Source: Octopus vulgaris (taxonomy: Eukaryota). Taken from it: a stretch of 64,000 bases of DNA. Positions within the stretch are counted from its first letter, which is position 1. Every line of letters begins with the position of its first letter. A model generated the notes under the pieces. The model saw nothing but the letters and a program-made list of their open reading frames with translations, ran no database searches and was not told where the DNA came from. Below, one piece after another: positions 1-12,892 of this stretch. A program made the translations under genes and the position numbers. The stretch is from positions 141,856,001 through 141,920,000 of the forward strand of contig OX597816.1 in the NCBI GenBank assembly GCA_951406725.2, written 5' to 3'.

Positions 1-429
1 AATATACTTAACATTCTGAACTGCACCTTCAAATAATATCCAACTACTCACAGTACCCTACAACCTAAAGTCGACATAATTGTTGTTTCTTCTCGTTCTT
101 TCTCTTCCTCAATGACTACGACCTTTCTTCTAAAGTACCATCTCCGTCAAAGTACACCTGACTTACTCCCTCCCCATCACACATCATTTATCCATCCGTT
201 ATCTCAGTTGGTTCTCTCTACTGCTATTTTTTTTTTTTTTTTTTCATAAAGAACCTAGCCTTCGCCTTCTGGAATTCTCTCTCTGCGCACATTTCTTTCT
301 CAGGGGCATCAACTTTCAGCTAATTTTCAGCTGCAGCAACCTCACCAGTTTGGAAAGGTTACATAAGATATCCTTTCTACTCCGACTAATTATTGTAACA
401 CAAAATGGATAATTGCTTGGTTTCTACTT

Positions 430-1560
430 AACCCTGGTAATTATTCATCTATTACTCTTCTGACATCGCAAAGGTGATAAAGACAGTCATAAACAATAAC
501 TTTCTCCATCGACTTGAAGCTCTTTCTCTCTTCATGGGCTGCCAATATAGGTTTCATAAAACCAAATCTGCTAGAATCCTATTTTCCTTCATCATCCACC
601 TGTGAGCTAGCTCTCATCTTCTAGAAATTTAGGGAAAACAATGTTGTTGCACTTGACATCAGTAAACCTTTCAACCATGTCTGACATGTAAATCTTTTAA
701 TAAATCTTCCTGCCTATTGAGCCGATCGGTGGTTTCCTGTCATATAGCATCTCAACAGTGCAGATGAATCTTTCTTTGGTATACCCTGCTTTCTTACCCA
801 TCCTCTTATAATGCCTATTCAACCTTCACACATGCATCATTTATATGCAACCTAAACACCTCCTACCAAATTTACACTGTGAACAGTGATCTCAAAATCA
901 TCCTTTGGTGCTTCAATCTTGTTTACTTCAACAGCCCAAAGACAAATTCTTTGTATGTGTCAAGAAAACATCACACTCCACCCTCTATAACTGAGTAACA
1001 TGTAACTAGGACCTTCAAAAACCAGGGGACCACTAAGGATGTCTCCTGGTGAATCCACATGTTCAACAAACTAAAACTTGCATCACAATGACTGCCCTTC
1101 CTCTTCACAGCTGGACAGTACTTCATCCTTATCATGTGAGACCACAAGAAAGTACTGCTCTGTCATTTGAGACAGTGCTACTGTAACATATACAGACGTA
1201 GACTACATTCAAAGGATGGTCACTCAACTGAGTAGCATAAAACCACTCACACATGCACCAGCCTTTAGCTCACTAATATGCTGTTTCACCTCCTTACCTT
1301 TTTACTGCTACCACAGTGATCTCTGCTACTCAGATCTGATAGGTTTCATGTTGCCCCCAATAAGGCAATCATGATGTGCTCATCTCTCTTTTTTTTACCT
1401 CACCTATATTGTGTTCTGTCTTCTGGCTCTTACTGACCATTACACCCAGTATGCCAGCCCACTGGAATCTCCTTACATATTTTTTTGTTACTGTCATTGA
1501 CTTGCAACTATTCAAGAGGTATATTCACTGCATGGACCTCACCAGACTCATAACTTCACT
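430..1560 (+). pseudogene. Highly decayed non-LTR retrotransposon RT fragment (CR1/Jockey-like)
   Basis: Broken frames give NPGNYSSITLL (cf. PSNYRPISLL), QYRFHKTKS (cf. QYGFRxxRS) and ALDISKPFNHV*H (cf. LDISKAFDRVWH) at ~430-690, with many stops and frameshifts. Confidence 0.65.
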
Positions 1561-1803
1561 AGATGCCTATAAAAGATGGAGACACAACACCTTATTCCAT
1601 ATCAAACAAATAAAAAAAAGTGTATATAACATTTAATTAAGCACATCTAACCATCATCATCACCACCAACCCAACATTCCATCATTGAATATTACACCAC
1701 TACAAACATTGATATCATCACTCCACAATTTGTCAATGATATTATCACTTCTCACAGCAATAAACCTGACAATTTCTGGTGATATGAAATGCCTAATTGG
1801 TAA

Positions 1804-3600
1804 TATCATCATCATTCAACATTCGTTTTCCATGCTGACATGGGTTGGACAGTTTGACAGGAGCTGGCCAGCTGAAGAGCTGTCCAGGATCCATGTCTGT
1901 TTTGACATGGTTTCTACTGCTAGATGCCCTTCCTAACACCAACCACTTTACAAATGTACTGGGTGTTTTTTCACAGCACCAGCATGAGTACTTTTATGTG
2001 ACATTGGCACAGATGCTTTTATGTGGCAGCAGCACCCATGAGCCCACAAAATTAGGAACGTTCAGCTGAATAGAGATGTAGGGGACATAGTTGAATGCAA
2101 GGACAACCATGATTTTACTTAGATTGAGCTTGGCATGTCTTCTCAAGCACAGCAAACCGCCCAAAGTGTCAGTCCTTTGTCATCCCCTCTGTGAGGCCCA
2201 ACATCTGAAGATCCCTTCTCACCACTTTGTTCCATGTCTTCCTGGGTCTTCCCATTCCACATGCTCCTTCCACTATTAGAGATTGGCACTTCTTGACACA
2301 GCATTTCTCATCCATACACATTACATTACCATACCAGCACAGTCTTTTCTCTGGCACACTTCATGCGCTGCCCTGTATACCCAGTTCTCTCAAATCACAC
2401 ACTGTTAGATATGCACATTGACATTACCCATCCAACAGAGCATGCTGGCTTCATTTCTTTCAAGCCTTCACATGTCCTCAGTAGTCACAGTCCATGTCTC
2501 ACTGCCATGTAGAATAGCTGTTCATACACAGGCATCATGCAATCTACCTTTCACTCTGAGAGAGAGGCCCTTTGTTACTAACAGAGGTAGTAGCTCTCTG
2601 AGCTTAGCTCAGCCTGTTCTTATTCTAACAGCTATGCTTTTGGAACAACACCCACCACTGCTAACTCAGTCACCTAAGTAATGGAAACTGTCTATTACTA
2701 CTTCTAAGGATCTTCCCTGACATTTGATGGAGTCTATTTTCTACACATTCCTGGTGTTTAATGTACCTGCACATCTGTCTCATGTAAAAACTACTTTCTC
2801 TGTTAATCTTCCAGTAATACTGCTGCACTACTAATGTGTCCATAGCTTGCACTAGGTACACTGTATGGAGTTTCTACTGACACCTTTTCTTCATATCAAG
2901 CAAGACCATCTCCTGAGGGGATTTGTGATGTATCTGTTTCCTATTTATGAGGACTTTGATTTTTGCTAAATTAATTCTAAAGTCCTTTGATTTCAGACCT
3001 TGTTTCCATACCTGAAATTTCTTCTCTAGTTCTGGTAGTGATTCAGCTATAAAAACAAGGTCATTGGCATAGAGGAGCTCCCAAGGGTAGCCAGTTTAAA
3101 TTCCTTTGTTATATATAGGCTGGAGGACAATGATAAACAAGAGGGGGCTGAGAACCAATCCCTGGCAGATTCTTACTGTACACTAAATTCTTTGCTATAC
3201 CCATTGGTGCCATTCCTCTTTTAGACAGCTCTCATCAACCACTCATCTATCCCTAGCTTCTGCATTGTCCACCAGATAACAAAAGCCAAATGCAGAGGTT
3301 TATTTTGGCCAAGTACTTCTTCACCAGAAAGGTAGCATCAATAGTGCTCCTTGTGGGCACAAATCCAAACTGCATCTCATCTGCACTAACTCACTTCTTA
3401 ATTAATTGAGTTATGACTCTTTTTGTGACTTTCATCACATGGTCTAGCAATTTGATGCCTTTGTAATTATTTCTGCTTAAAGCATCACCTTTACTTTTGT
3501 GTATGCTGACTATGTTGTTGTTACACCAATCATTGGGGTATGTCTCCTGCATGAACAACCTGATTAATTATGCAGGTAACTAGATCATATACCTCTTTGC
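1804..3600 (-). mobile_element. Decayed 5'-truncated RTE-clade LINE with (ATG)n tail
   Basis: Minus-strand RT remnants (PWELLYANDL at ~3060-3085; WYGNVMCM...GRPRKTW at 2169-2357). The 3' UTR and tail match the younger copy at 56285-58672. Confidence 0.85.
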
Positions 3601-3668
3601 CAAGGTGACAAGCTGGCAGAATTATTACTGCAATGAAAAATATAACAGTGACACCATTACTTCCTAGC

Positions 3669-3710
3669 AATATCTGAAGAAGGAATTTTTATATACCGAA
3701 ATATTATATT
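3669..3710 (+). ncRNA. Minimal type I hammerhead-like motif (decayed)
   Basis: aatat-CTGAAGA-a-gg..cc-GAAA-tatt-atatt. Stem I (aatat/atatt) pairs. Stem III is the palindrome AATATT, plausibly a CpG-decayed AACGTT. Stem II is weak. Confidence 0.45.
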
Positions 3711-3931
3711 ATATCAGGTCATCCCATAAGTTCTATCCAAATTTTGAATTCACAAACAGAAAAAATATGACAAGTTCATTAATAAGAAAAGACAAATTCT
3801 CCAGACTGAATGGTAAAAAAGACAATTTATGAGGAACACAACAAAAAATATATAAAAATGAAAGAAATAAATAAGCAAGGTCATGAAAGAAAACTGTGAC
3901 AGAGATATTCCTATATCTTTTATTTATTTTT

Positions 3932-4321
3932 TATCTTTTACTTGTTTCAGTCATTAGACTGTGACCATGCTGGGGCACCACCTTGAAGAATTGTTAGTTG
4001 AATGAATCAGCCACAGGACTTATTGTTTTTTAAAGCCAGGTACTTATTCTATTGGTCTCTTTTATTGAACTGCTAAGTTATGGTGTAAACACACCAGCAC
4101 TAGTTGTTAAGCAGTGCTGGGGAACAAACACAAACACACACACACACTCGTACACACACACACACACACACAAGATGGGCTTCTTGCATTTTCCATCTAC
4201 CAAATCTACTCACAAAGCTTTGGTTGGCCCGAGGTGATAGAAGACACTTGCCCAAGGTGTCACACTGTGGAACTGCACCTGAGACCATATGGTTGGGAAG
4301 CAAGTTTCTTACCACACAACC
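3932..4321 (-). mobile_element. tRNA-derived SINE (family A: tRNA head, CCTTGGGCAAG core-like block, internal (TG)n, conserved tail)
   Basis: A/B-box-like head at ~4260-4321. Head or tail sequences recur at 5285-5670, 19405-19560, 23390-23590, 24290-24385, 45765-46070, 47630-47775, 55915-56070, 59100-59300 and 60350-60503. Confidence 0.8.
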
Positions 4322-4379
4322 ATAGAGTCTTTTTCAACTATACTACAAAATAAGACCTACTGTATGAAGTAATGCTTGA

Positions 4380-6185
4380 AGTGGTGGTCTTGTCACACTT
4401 AAAAAAATAAAGAAAAATTTTGAAAACTATTTTATAAGTCAGACAAACCAGGAGTTACAGCTAAATCTAAAGCCTTTTGTCAACCTGGAGATGGTAAAAA
4501 GGCAACTGTCCATGAGAGTGGACAATGCAAAAAGGATGGTAAGCTTGTAAAAATAAGAAGGTCACAATGATGATTTTTTGAAGGGGAGCAAAGGAAAGAA
4601 CACTAATGGGAAGAGAGAAGAAGGACCACAGAAAGATAAAACAGAGTAGAAATGGATAAACTGATAAAAGAAATAAATTGGAAGTTAGAGACAGACAGAT
4701 ACAAAGGAGAATACATACATTCATACATACATAAGACTTGGAAGGCTGGCTCCTTGAGCAGCATTCCTTGTCTGATAATCTTAAATTCATGCCCAAAGAA
4801 GTTGTGTGACTCTCTTGCAACATATCATCAGATGAAAGAATGAGTGTATATGAGCAGAAGACCAAACATGGACATGTTAGTAGAAAGCTCTGAGAAGATA
4901 GTAACATTGATCATCAAAGCAGTCTATCATGGACCAGCAACTAAGATCACTGACTCTCACTTTAACGGGTATGCATTTGCAATCCAAGAACAGGAAATAG
5001 CAACCAAATACCTGATGTACAAAAGGGACAGACACAGGAAAAACATCATATATGATAACTGATGCAGACTTTGTCTGAAGATATCATCCACCCCATAAGC
5101 ATTTATCCAGAAATGTCATTGCAGTATTATCTACTGAGGAGACATGATGTTGCTAAGACACTGTATAATGAGATCTATTGGAAGGATAATCCTGAGGTAA
5201 AAAAAATAAGAACCTACAGTATGGTAGAAGATATAGCCACTGGTAATATGAAAGAGTACTGGGGGTATGTCCCAGTAAAAATAGGCATGGCTGTGTGGTA
5301 AGAAGCTTCCTTCCCAATCACATGGTTCTAGGTTCAGTCCCACTGTGTGGCATCTTGGGAAAGTGTCTTCTACCATAGCCTTGTGAGTGGATTTGATAGA
5401 TGGAAACTGAAAGAAGCCTTTCATACATGTGTGTGTGTTTGTCTTTGTGTCTGTGTTTGTCCTCTCACCATCACTGCTTCACAACCAGTGTTGGTGTGCT
5501 TACATCCCTGTAACTTAGCAGTTCAGCAAAAGAGAGCAATAGAATTAGTACTAATAATTATGAAAAGAAATAAGGCCTTAAGGAAAAAATAATTTTGTTC
5601 AACTAAAATCCTTCAAGGTGGTGCTCCAGCATAGCCACTGTCAAATGACTGAAACAAGTAAAAGATAAAATATAAACACAAGTGACCTGACATAATGATT
5701 TGGGAAAAATACCTATGCTGAACTAGTGAGAAACTTAAATTTACTCTACTTGAATTATAAGTTCAGGTTTATACCTGTAATTATTGAGGTACTGGGGGTA
5801 TGTAATGCATTGCCTAAGTGCCAATCTTGTGAAATTAGGCTTCTCAGAGACTGAAAGGAGAGAGCTACTTCAAAGACAACAAGTTCAAGCCATCAATGTA
5901 ACAGTAAACATTTGTAAAACTTTCCAGAAGTTTGTCATTTAAGTATACATGGGCATGTCAATGCAACTATCTGCATAGAGCATGTCTGTGCAACTATATG
6001 CCTGAGAAGACATACATAAAACAAAACATACAAATCTACGCATGCATGGTTTCCAAATACTACACACATACATATACAAATACTCTGTTCATGTTACTGC
6101 AATTTTAATGAAGGAGCCTTGAGTCTTGGTTAGAAACTGACTCCTTCACTATTGGTAAGAAATTTTGAAATAAAACTAAATAACA
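4380..6185 (+). mobile_element. Decayed R4/Dong-type (restriction-like endonuclease) non-LTR element, 3' portion, interrupted by a SINE
   Basis: AIQEQEIATKY, CRLC..EDIIH zinc-knuckle remnant, YYLLRRHDVAK (RHD motif) at ~4980-5170, and KNTYAELVRNL..FIPVIIEVLG at ~5706-5797. Confidence 0.7.
5285..5670 (+). mobile_element. tRNA-derived SINE family A, inserted in the R4/Dong element
   Basis: Head TGGCTGTGTGGTAAG...GGTTCAGTCCC, internal (TG)n, and tail ending CAGTCAAATGACTGAAACAAGTAAAAG-like. Confidence 0.85.
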
Positions 6186-6460
6186 TACAGTGCCATCAGT
6201 ATCAGGCATACATGCAGAGGACCATTTAAAAATGGCTTTTAGAATGTTTTCTTCTACAATTATGCTGACTCTTCTAGTCTAAGTCAGCAATTGGTTTTAT
6301 TTTCCTCTCTTCTAAATAAGAGCAACACCTTTTACTTACAAAGTTAAAATTATTCAGACCAAATTACTAACTGTGTTTTACACTATGTGAAATTTTGCCT
6401 TTACAGTTATAGGTGATATTAATAGCAACACAAGCAGTATTATGATACCTATAAGTTACT

Positions 6461-6666
6461 TTACCCTTTAGCATTTAAACTAGCCATATCAGGCTTAAAT
6501 ATACGGCCGGTTTTATGTATAAGCTGGCCAGATCCAACTTCTTGCACCTACCCTACAATGTCATTTTTAAAATGTCAAAGCTATAAGATAAAGCATAATT
6601 AATTGAAAACAATGTGAATAAGTAAGCATTACATTTGACAGAGTAATATGAATTTTAAAGAGTTAA
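6461..6666. mobile_element. Short MITE-like element with piggyBac-like ends
   Basis: Imperfect terminal inverted repeats (TTACCCTTTAGCATT... / ...AATTTTAAAGAGTTAA), TTAA at the right end, no ORF. Confidence 0.45.
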
Positions 6667-6737
6667 GATGATATATGTACTCTTCTCACTTCACTTGGTC
6701 TTTACATTTAAACCAAGATCTACTTCAGTGCTATATA

Positions 6738-7227
6738 AAAGCCTGTAATGATATGCATAAGATCTGGTCATCAAACCTAAGTAGAGATTTCAAACTTAAA
6801 ATCTTCAAAGCCGAACCAATTCTACTATATAGCTCAGAAACCTGGACGTTATCAAAGAAGCTTGAGAGGCGGTTGGATGGTACTTACACTCGCCTCCTTA
6901 TGAGAGCTCAAAATCTCTTGTGGAAGTGACATCCAACCAAAGTACAAATATATGGGAAATTATCACCTGTATCATCTTTTGTGAATGGTAGAAGAGTCCA
7001 GTTTGCTGGACATTGTTGTAGAGCTGAAAACGAGGTAATTTCTAATCTTCTCCTCTGGAAGCCATCGGCTCGCGATACCAGAGGGTGCACACTCTCCTAC
7101 CCTGATGTAATCTCCAGGGATACAGTCATCCAGCAACAGGACCTCCGTAATGCTATGATGGACTGTGAAGTCCAGCGTAACATAGTAAATTTCATTGTAT
7201 CGACCACGGTCGAACAATGATGATGAT
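6738..7227 (+). mobile_element. 5'-truncated RTE/RTEX-like LINE 3' fragment, copy 1
   Basis: ILLYSSETWTL..RLDGTYTRLL..RRVQFAGHC, followed by a (TGA)n tail. Confidence 0.8.
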
Positions 7228-8039
7228 ATAAAAGCCTGAGATGACCCTTCTATATGAAGTAGTTAAAAAATACTGGGACAAAACTCACCAAGACTTTAAC
7301 TGTTTTGCAGCCAAGCACTTTTGGCAACAAGATTTCTTTACCAAAGATGCCTGTTATAGATAGTAATTGTTATTCCATCTGTTTATCCGTCTATCTATCT
7401 GTCCATCCGTTGCCCTCATGCATGCATGTGTGTGTGTGAGAGAGAGAGAGAGAGTTTATATTTCCTATGAATATAAGTGCATGTGCTGGTTGTAAGCAAT
7501 GACAGTGACATTTGCTTGCAGTCTACTGTGAAATCATGTCCAGGTTGTTTGTTAATCAATAGACTGAGCAATTATTGCCTTGCTTAGAAAAAATAAAAAC
7601 AGAGATTGTCAACAAGTTGGGCATCCAACTGCAGAATACTGTCATCCAACCTATGCAAGTATAGAAAAATAGACATTAAATCAATGCTGATGACGGTAAT
7701 ATAAATAACAATATAAGACTTATAGAAATGATATAAATATATTTTTGATATAGATATGATATGAAAAAGATAAAGAAATAGTTGAATTTGCCATGTATCT
7801 ACTACATAGGTTTACATACATTATATCATGCCTAGTTACTGTGTAGACTGTGATCCTCATTGACAAGCCACTGATATTAAATAAAGTTTTAAACACTTGT
7901 ACACAAATTAGTTGCCCCCATCCTCTGAAGTTACTGGATTGGTTGTATATAAAAACTGATTGGCTGTTTTGTTTCTCTGGGATTAGTCAAATGATGTAGA
8001 TACCTCTAGTGAGACTCCCATGAGGATATAAAATTGATT

Positions 8040-8472
8040 AAATCTTCAAAGCCACAGTCAAACCAATTCTATTATATAGCTCAGAAACCTGGACATTATC
8101 AAAGAAGCTTGAGAGGTGGTTGGATGGAACTTACACTCGCCTCCTTATGAGAGCTCAGAATCTCTCGTGGAAGTGTCATCCAACCAAAGTACAAATATAT
8201 GGGAAACTACCACCTGTATCATCTTTTGTGAATGGTAGAAGAGTCCAGTTTGCTGGACATTGTTGTAGAGATGAAAACGAGGTAATTTCTACTCTTCTCC
8301 TCTGGAAGCCATCTGCTCACAATACCAGAGGGCGCACACTCTCCTACCCTTATGTAATCTCCAGGGATACAGGCATCCAGCAACAGGACCTCTGTAATGC
8401 TATGATGGACTGTGAACTCCGGTGTAACATAGTAAATTCCATTGTCTCGACCACGGTTGAACAATGATGATG
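8040..8472 (+). mobile_element. 5'-truncated RTE/RTEX-like LINE 3' fragment, copy 2
   Basis: Close paralogue of 6800-7227, with the same motifs and (TGA)n tail. Confidence 0.8.
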
Positions 8473-8554
8473 GTGAAAGCTGGTTGTTATTCTTTTCAAT
8501 CTCTGGAGAAGTAGTTAAATTTGACATGTTTGTCTGTCTACTGCATATCTGTTA

Positions 8555-9123
8555 GCAGCAGAAGCACTATTAATACCACAAGGTAATATTTGTCCCCACT
8601 TAAATGTGGATGGTCTATTAGAACAAACTATACAGTGGTAGTTGTCATGAGAGAAACTCACATGTTGGCATTTAATGTAAAACGGAATTGTTTATTTTGC
8701 TAGTGGGAAGATAAATCCTCACCACTTCCAGCACCAAAACCCCCAGATCACGTAATTTTGAACTTCCTTAGTCTTGTCAATGATAGATACTCTGCTGCTA
8801 GAGATAACAGTGATTCAACTCCTGCCAGTTATACATAGAATAACAGTGTGAGAACAGGCAATGGTGTTGTGATTAGCCAATGAGCTTGTTAAAAAAATAC
8901 ATATTAGCAACAGAGGCAGCATTAATACCAAGAGGTAATGTTTATCCCTACTTAAATGTGGATGTTCTGTTAGAACAAACTATACTGTTGTAGATACCAT
9001 GAGAGAAACTCTCATATTGGCTTTTGGTGCAAAATGTACTCTTGTTAATATATCACTAGTGGGAGATAAATTCTTGCCATCTCCAGCACCGAAACTACCA
9101 GATCATGTGATTTTAACAACCTC
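8555..9123. repeat. Diverged direct duplication of ~220 bp (8565-8770 and 8920-9123)
   Basis: Shared blocks ATTAATACCA.AGGTAAT, CTTAAATGTGGATG, TTAGAACAAACTATAC, CATGAGAGAAACTC and CCAGCACC.AAAC..CCAGATCA. Confidence 0.8.
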
Positions 9124-9164
9124 TAGAGATTACATATATTTACAAATATGAGATATGAAACAGT

Positions 9165-9389
9165 TTTATATTTAAGAACTGAGGAATTATGTACATTATT
9201 TACATTTGATGGATATTTGTCCTCATCTTGTTTGCGGTTAACACAATGCTTCAGCTGATATATCCTCCAGCCTTCATCAGATGTCTTGGGGAAATTTCGA
9301 ATCTGGGCTCTCATTCCTAAGGTATTTTTCAATGTTATTGTTGTTGGTGGTGGTGGCGGAGGTGTTGTTGTTGTTGTTGTTGTTGCTGC

Positions 9390-9420
<31 letters not shown>

Positions 9421-9445
9421 ACTGTTGTTGCTGCTGTTGTTGTCT
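9165..9445 (-). mobile_element. Short HHR-bearing PLE-pLTR-like element next to (TTG/CTG)n; decayed HHR at 9241-9284
   Basis: Minus strand reads acat-CTGATGA-a-ggctg(gaggatatat)cagct-GAAG-catt-gtgt. Stems I and II pair; the GAAA core is mutated. Confidence 0.55.
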
Positions 9446-9647
9446 GGAATACTACCTGTGACCTTAAATATCCACATGATTAATAAGCCTTCAAATTTAA
9501 TAAGTGCTCAAAACACTTCTGATGACCTTGGGTAGCCTAGAGCAGTTATTTTCTAAAACTGACCATGTTAAGTACAATTTCCTTCTTTATTTTAAATCAT
9601 AAGCAATATTTTTACCTTAAATTAAATAAATTTCATTTTTTAAACCT

Positions 9648-9720
9648 GGTTACTGCCTGGAATCAAACTCAGAATCTTGGGGTTAGTAACCCATGCTCTT
9701 TACCACCACACCATATGAGC
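9648..9720 (-). mobile_element. tRNA-like SINE head
   Basis: Minus strand TGGTGTGGTGGTAAAG (A box) ... GAGTTTGATTCC (B box), but no intact cloverleaf. Confidence 0.5.
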
Positions 9721-10380
9721 AATTATGGAGTGAATTTCAAGGTCTATAAATCTAATACTTTCCTATCCTTCCTTAATACTGGCTCCCATATGCTATTAAT
9801 ATCTGCATTCGGTCTGCTTAGGAGGTTGTTGTGTAAATAATGTAAATAATGAGATATGAGTTAAAATATAAATGGAGCTATTGAAGATTATATTTAAGTT
9901 TTCACAAGGAAAGTGAAATAACAAGATTTTTAAGTATGAGAAAATTGTAGACCAATTCATACTGAAAAACCAATTTGTTCACCTCACTTACATGAATCTA
10001 TAAGAATTTATGAATTAGTCTCAACTATTTCCTCATTTTCACAAATCATTATCAAATTGTGTTGAGTCTTTGTGCTAAATAGTTCCATAGAATCAGTCTA
10101 GGAAAATTGCAATAAGAACTGCTTTCTTCTTTGGTGGTGCTCTTTCAGAGCTCCATCTTTCGAATCTAGAAGAAATTATTTGCTTATGTAAATTAATAAA
10201 TCTCAAATGAGGAACAATGTCATGAACAGATACACGAATTTTGACAGTCTTTATGACTATTACTATGACAACTGACAGAATTGTTGCTTCTTGTCTATGT
10301 AATTTTCATTTCGGCATCATTAAAGTATTTTGCTTGTGATAAGACAATATTTCAAACTTGTCTCTATCAGTATTATTTGT

Positions 10381-10530
10381 AGAAACAGAATTTTGAAATT
10401 ATTGGGATAAAAATAGTTTCAGTATAAACAATATGTATGTATGTATGTATGTATATATGTATGTATGTATGTATATATGTAGAAACAGAATTTTGAAATT
10501 ATTGTGATAAAAATAGTTTCAGTATAAACA

Positions 10531-10561
<31 letters not shown>

Positions 10562-10650
10562 TGTATGTATGTATGTATGTATGTATGTATGTATATATGT
10601 AGAAACAGAATTTTGAAATTATTGTGATAAAAATAGTTTCAGTATAAACA

Positions 10651-10681
<31 letters not shown>

Positions 10682-10850
10682 TGTATGTATGTATGTATGT
10701 ATGTATGTATATATGTATGTAGAAACAGAATTTTGAAATTATTGTGATAAAAATAGTTTCAGTATAAACAATATGTATGTATGTGTGTATGTATGTATGT
10801 ATGTATGTATGTATGTATGTATGTATGTATGTATGTATGTATGTATGTAT
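10381..10850. repeat. Compound tandem repeat: four copies of a ~52-bp unique unit, each followed by variable (TATG)n
   Basis: AGAAACAGAATTTTGAAATTATTG.GATAAAAATAGTTTCAGTATAAACAAT starts at 10381, 10481, 10601 and 10721. Confidence 0.95.
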
Positions 10851-10890
10851 GCATGCATGCATGTATAAATGTATGAATAAATGAATGTCA

Positions 10891-11060
10891 TTATTACCTC
10901 CGCATTAGTGAAGGCAGATGTATTGTTTTCAGTTGTGTTTGTTTGTCCATGGATAAAGATATCTCAAGAACTACTGGATGGATTTGAATGAAACTTTCAG
11001 AGATGTTTGGCCTCATGACTGGCATGAACTGATTAAATTCTGGGATTGATCTGGTACCAA
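10891..11060 (+). mobile_element. HINE/DINE-1-like (Helentron-associated) non-autonomous element 5' fragment
   Basis: Starts TTATTACCTCCGC, followed by a TGTTTGTTTGTCC tract and the GGATTTGAATGAAACTTT core typical of DINE/HINE elements. Confidence 0.55.
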
Positions 11061-11066
11061 ACAAGG

Positions 11067-11756
11067 ATGTGTCTCAGATGGATCTATGGCATTAAGTGGA
11101 AGGACCACATCAGTGATCTTGAAATATTGGAAGGCTCTCAGTGTGAAAGTATAGAAGCTCTTGTGTTAAAGCAAAAGCTCAGATGGAGTGGTCATCTGGT
11201 CAGGATGAAGGATTCAAGGATGCCAAAACAACTCTTTCATGGAGAGTTAGCTAAAAGAGAACGACCTCCACATAAACCAAAAAAGAGGTATAAGGACTTG
11301 CTGAAGGCTTCCTTTAGAAATGCTCGCATCTCACCTGACACATGGGAAGGCATAGCTATTGATCGTAGCAGGTGGAGAAGGATTGTGCACGAGGGGACAG
11401 CCACTTTTGAGAAATCTCGATTTGCACATGAGAAAGTAAGGAGGGATGTCAGGAAGGGCATCGCTGTTACACTTCCAGATGGGAAGAGTCTTCCTATGAT
11501 GCTGACATGCAGTGTCTGTGCAAGACCCTGCTTCAGTAAAGCTGGACTCATGAGTCATCTTCTTAGTCATAAAGCGAGACAGATGAGTGACAACCTGGCC
11601 ACTGGTGGTGGTGTAACACACCATACTAATCATATCTGTCGGGCATGTGGAAGAGAGTGTAATTCGGCAGGAGGACTTAAACGACATGCAAAGGTACATG
11701 AAGCCCAGTTACAACTACAGCCGGCTATTACCGGTAAAGGTTTCAGTTGCCAATAA
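11067..11756 (+). pseudogene. RTE (BovB-like) LINE ORF C-terminal fragment with C2H2 zinc fingers
   Basis: CLRWIYGIKWKD..LRWSGHLVRM..RMPKQLF.GEL..RYKD, then CSVC..HLLSH, CRAC..HAKVH and a truncated third finger (FSCQ). Confidence 0.85.
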
Positions 11757-12339
11757 TTGGGGCTGGTGATGTAGAAATTCTCTGACAATCACTCGCGACT
11801 CTTTCCAGAGCCAAATGCTGCTGCCTTACAGTAGTAACCTCTCCTACTAGAGTTTGACTACATGGTCATCTGAATTGAGCTTCAGTAGCTTCACATGGTC
11901 TTCTGAATTGAGCCTAAACCCTGTCCAAAGATGTGGGGCAGCATGTTATCATACTCACTAGAGAACGCTCAAAGACCATCAGAACTTGATTTTCATGATG
12001 TCCATGTCACATCTTACAACCTTAACAATGTACATAGAACATTGATCTGCAGTCATGACATTAGCATTTTGACACCTAGCACAACTCACCATGAAACAGG
12101 TAACTCTTTTCCAATATTCAGATGACTTTCAGCTTTCATTTTCAACAACTTCAGTCTTTACGCTCTCCAATGCCATTGAGTGTTCACCAATACATCAAAC
12201 TGTTTCTGAAAAAGGAGGCATAAAATATTGCCAAATTTAGCCCAATGCTCTCTCTCCATACATATATATATGCAGAGAGAGGGGGGGAGAAAGAGAGAGA
12301 GAAAGAGAGGGAGTGGGAGAAAGATAGAGAGAGAGAAAG

Positions 12340-12392
<53 letters not shown>

Positions 12393-12892
12393 GAGAGAGA
12401 GAGAGACCCATCTATAATCCAGATACTGTGGTTTTCATTCAAGATAAAAGTCCATTGTAGACATGATGTTTTTAAAGACAATATGTATCAGAAAGAAATG
12501 AAAAGTCACCCTAGCAAGAATGCCAGATGCGTTTTGGCTCTTTTGAATTTTGTCAATAACCTGTACTCTCAGTCAACCACACGTCTAAATGAGATTTGTT
12601 GCCTCCAATATAGGAAACAGTGAATAATACATTCACTGACTTTGCAAATAACTGCTAGGCTTAATAAATAATGAGAGGTATGCAACTTAAACAGCATTAA
12701 ATTAAAATAGTCTTATATGTATCATACATAATGTATATACACTATTGACAGGCCAGACACTGAAGATTTTGTCTGAGACAAAATCTCTCATGGACTTCTT
12801 GTGCTGAAAAGCACAATATATAAGAGAGACAAAAAATTGTCCCAGTAGTGGCTAGTAAGAATGCCATATAATATGCATGTATTTAGATATAG

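Noticed and set aside
5285-5350. tRNA genes (also at 9648-9720, 12893-12965 and 47357-47425)
   Set aside because: A and B boxes are present, but there is no intact cloverleaf and most continue into SINE bodies.
9281-9535. Poly-Leu, poly-Asn/Ser ORFs
   Set aside because: They are translations of a trinucleotide (TTG/CTG)n microsatellite.
10095-10175. Possible small minus-strand host exon after a TTTCTTCTAG acceptor
   Set aside because: The frames are short, with no recognisable protein and no partner exons.
10381-10850. CRISPR-like array
   Set aside because: The spacers are pure (TATG)n.
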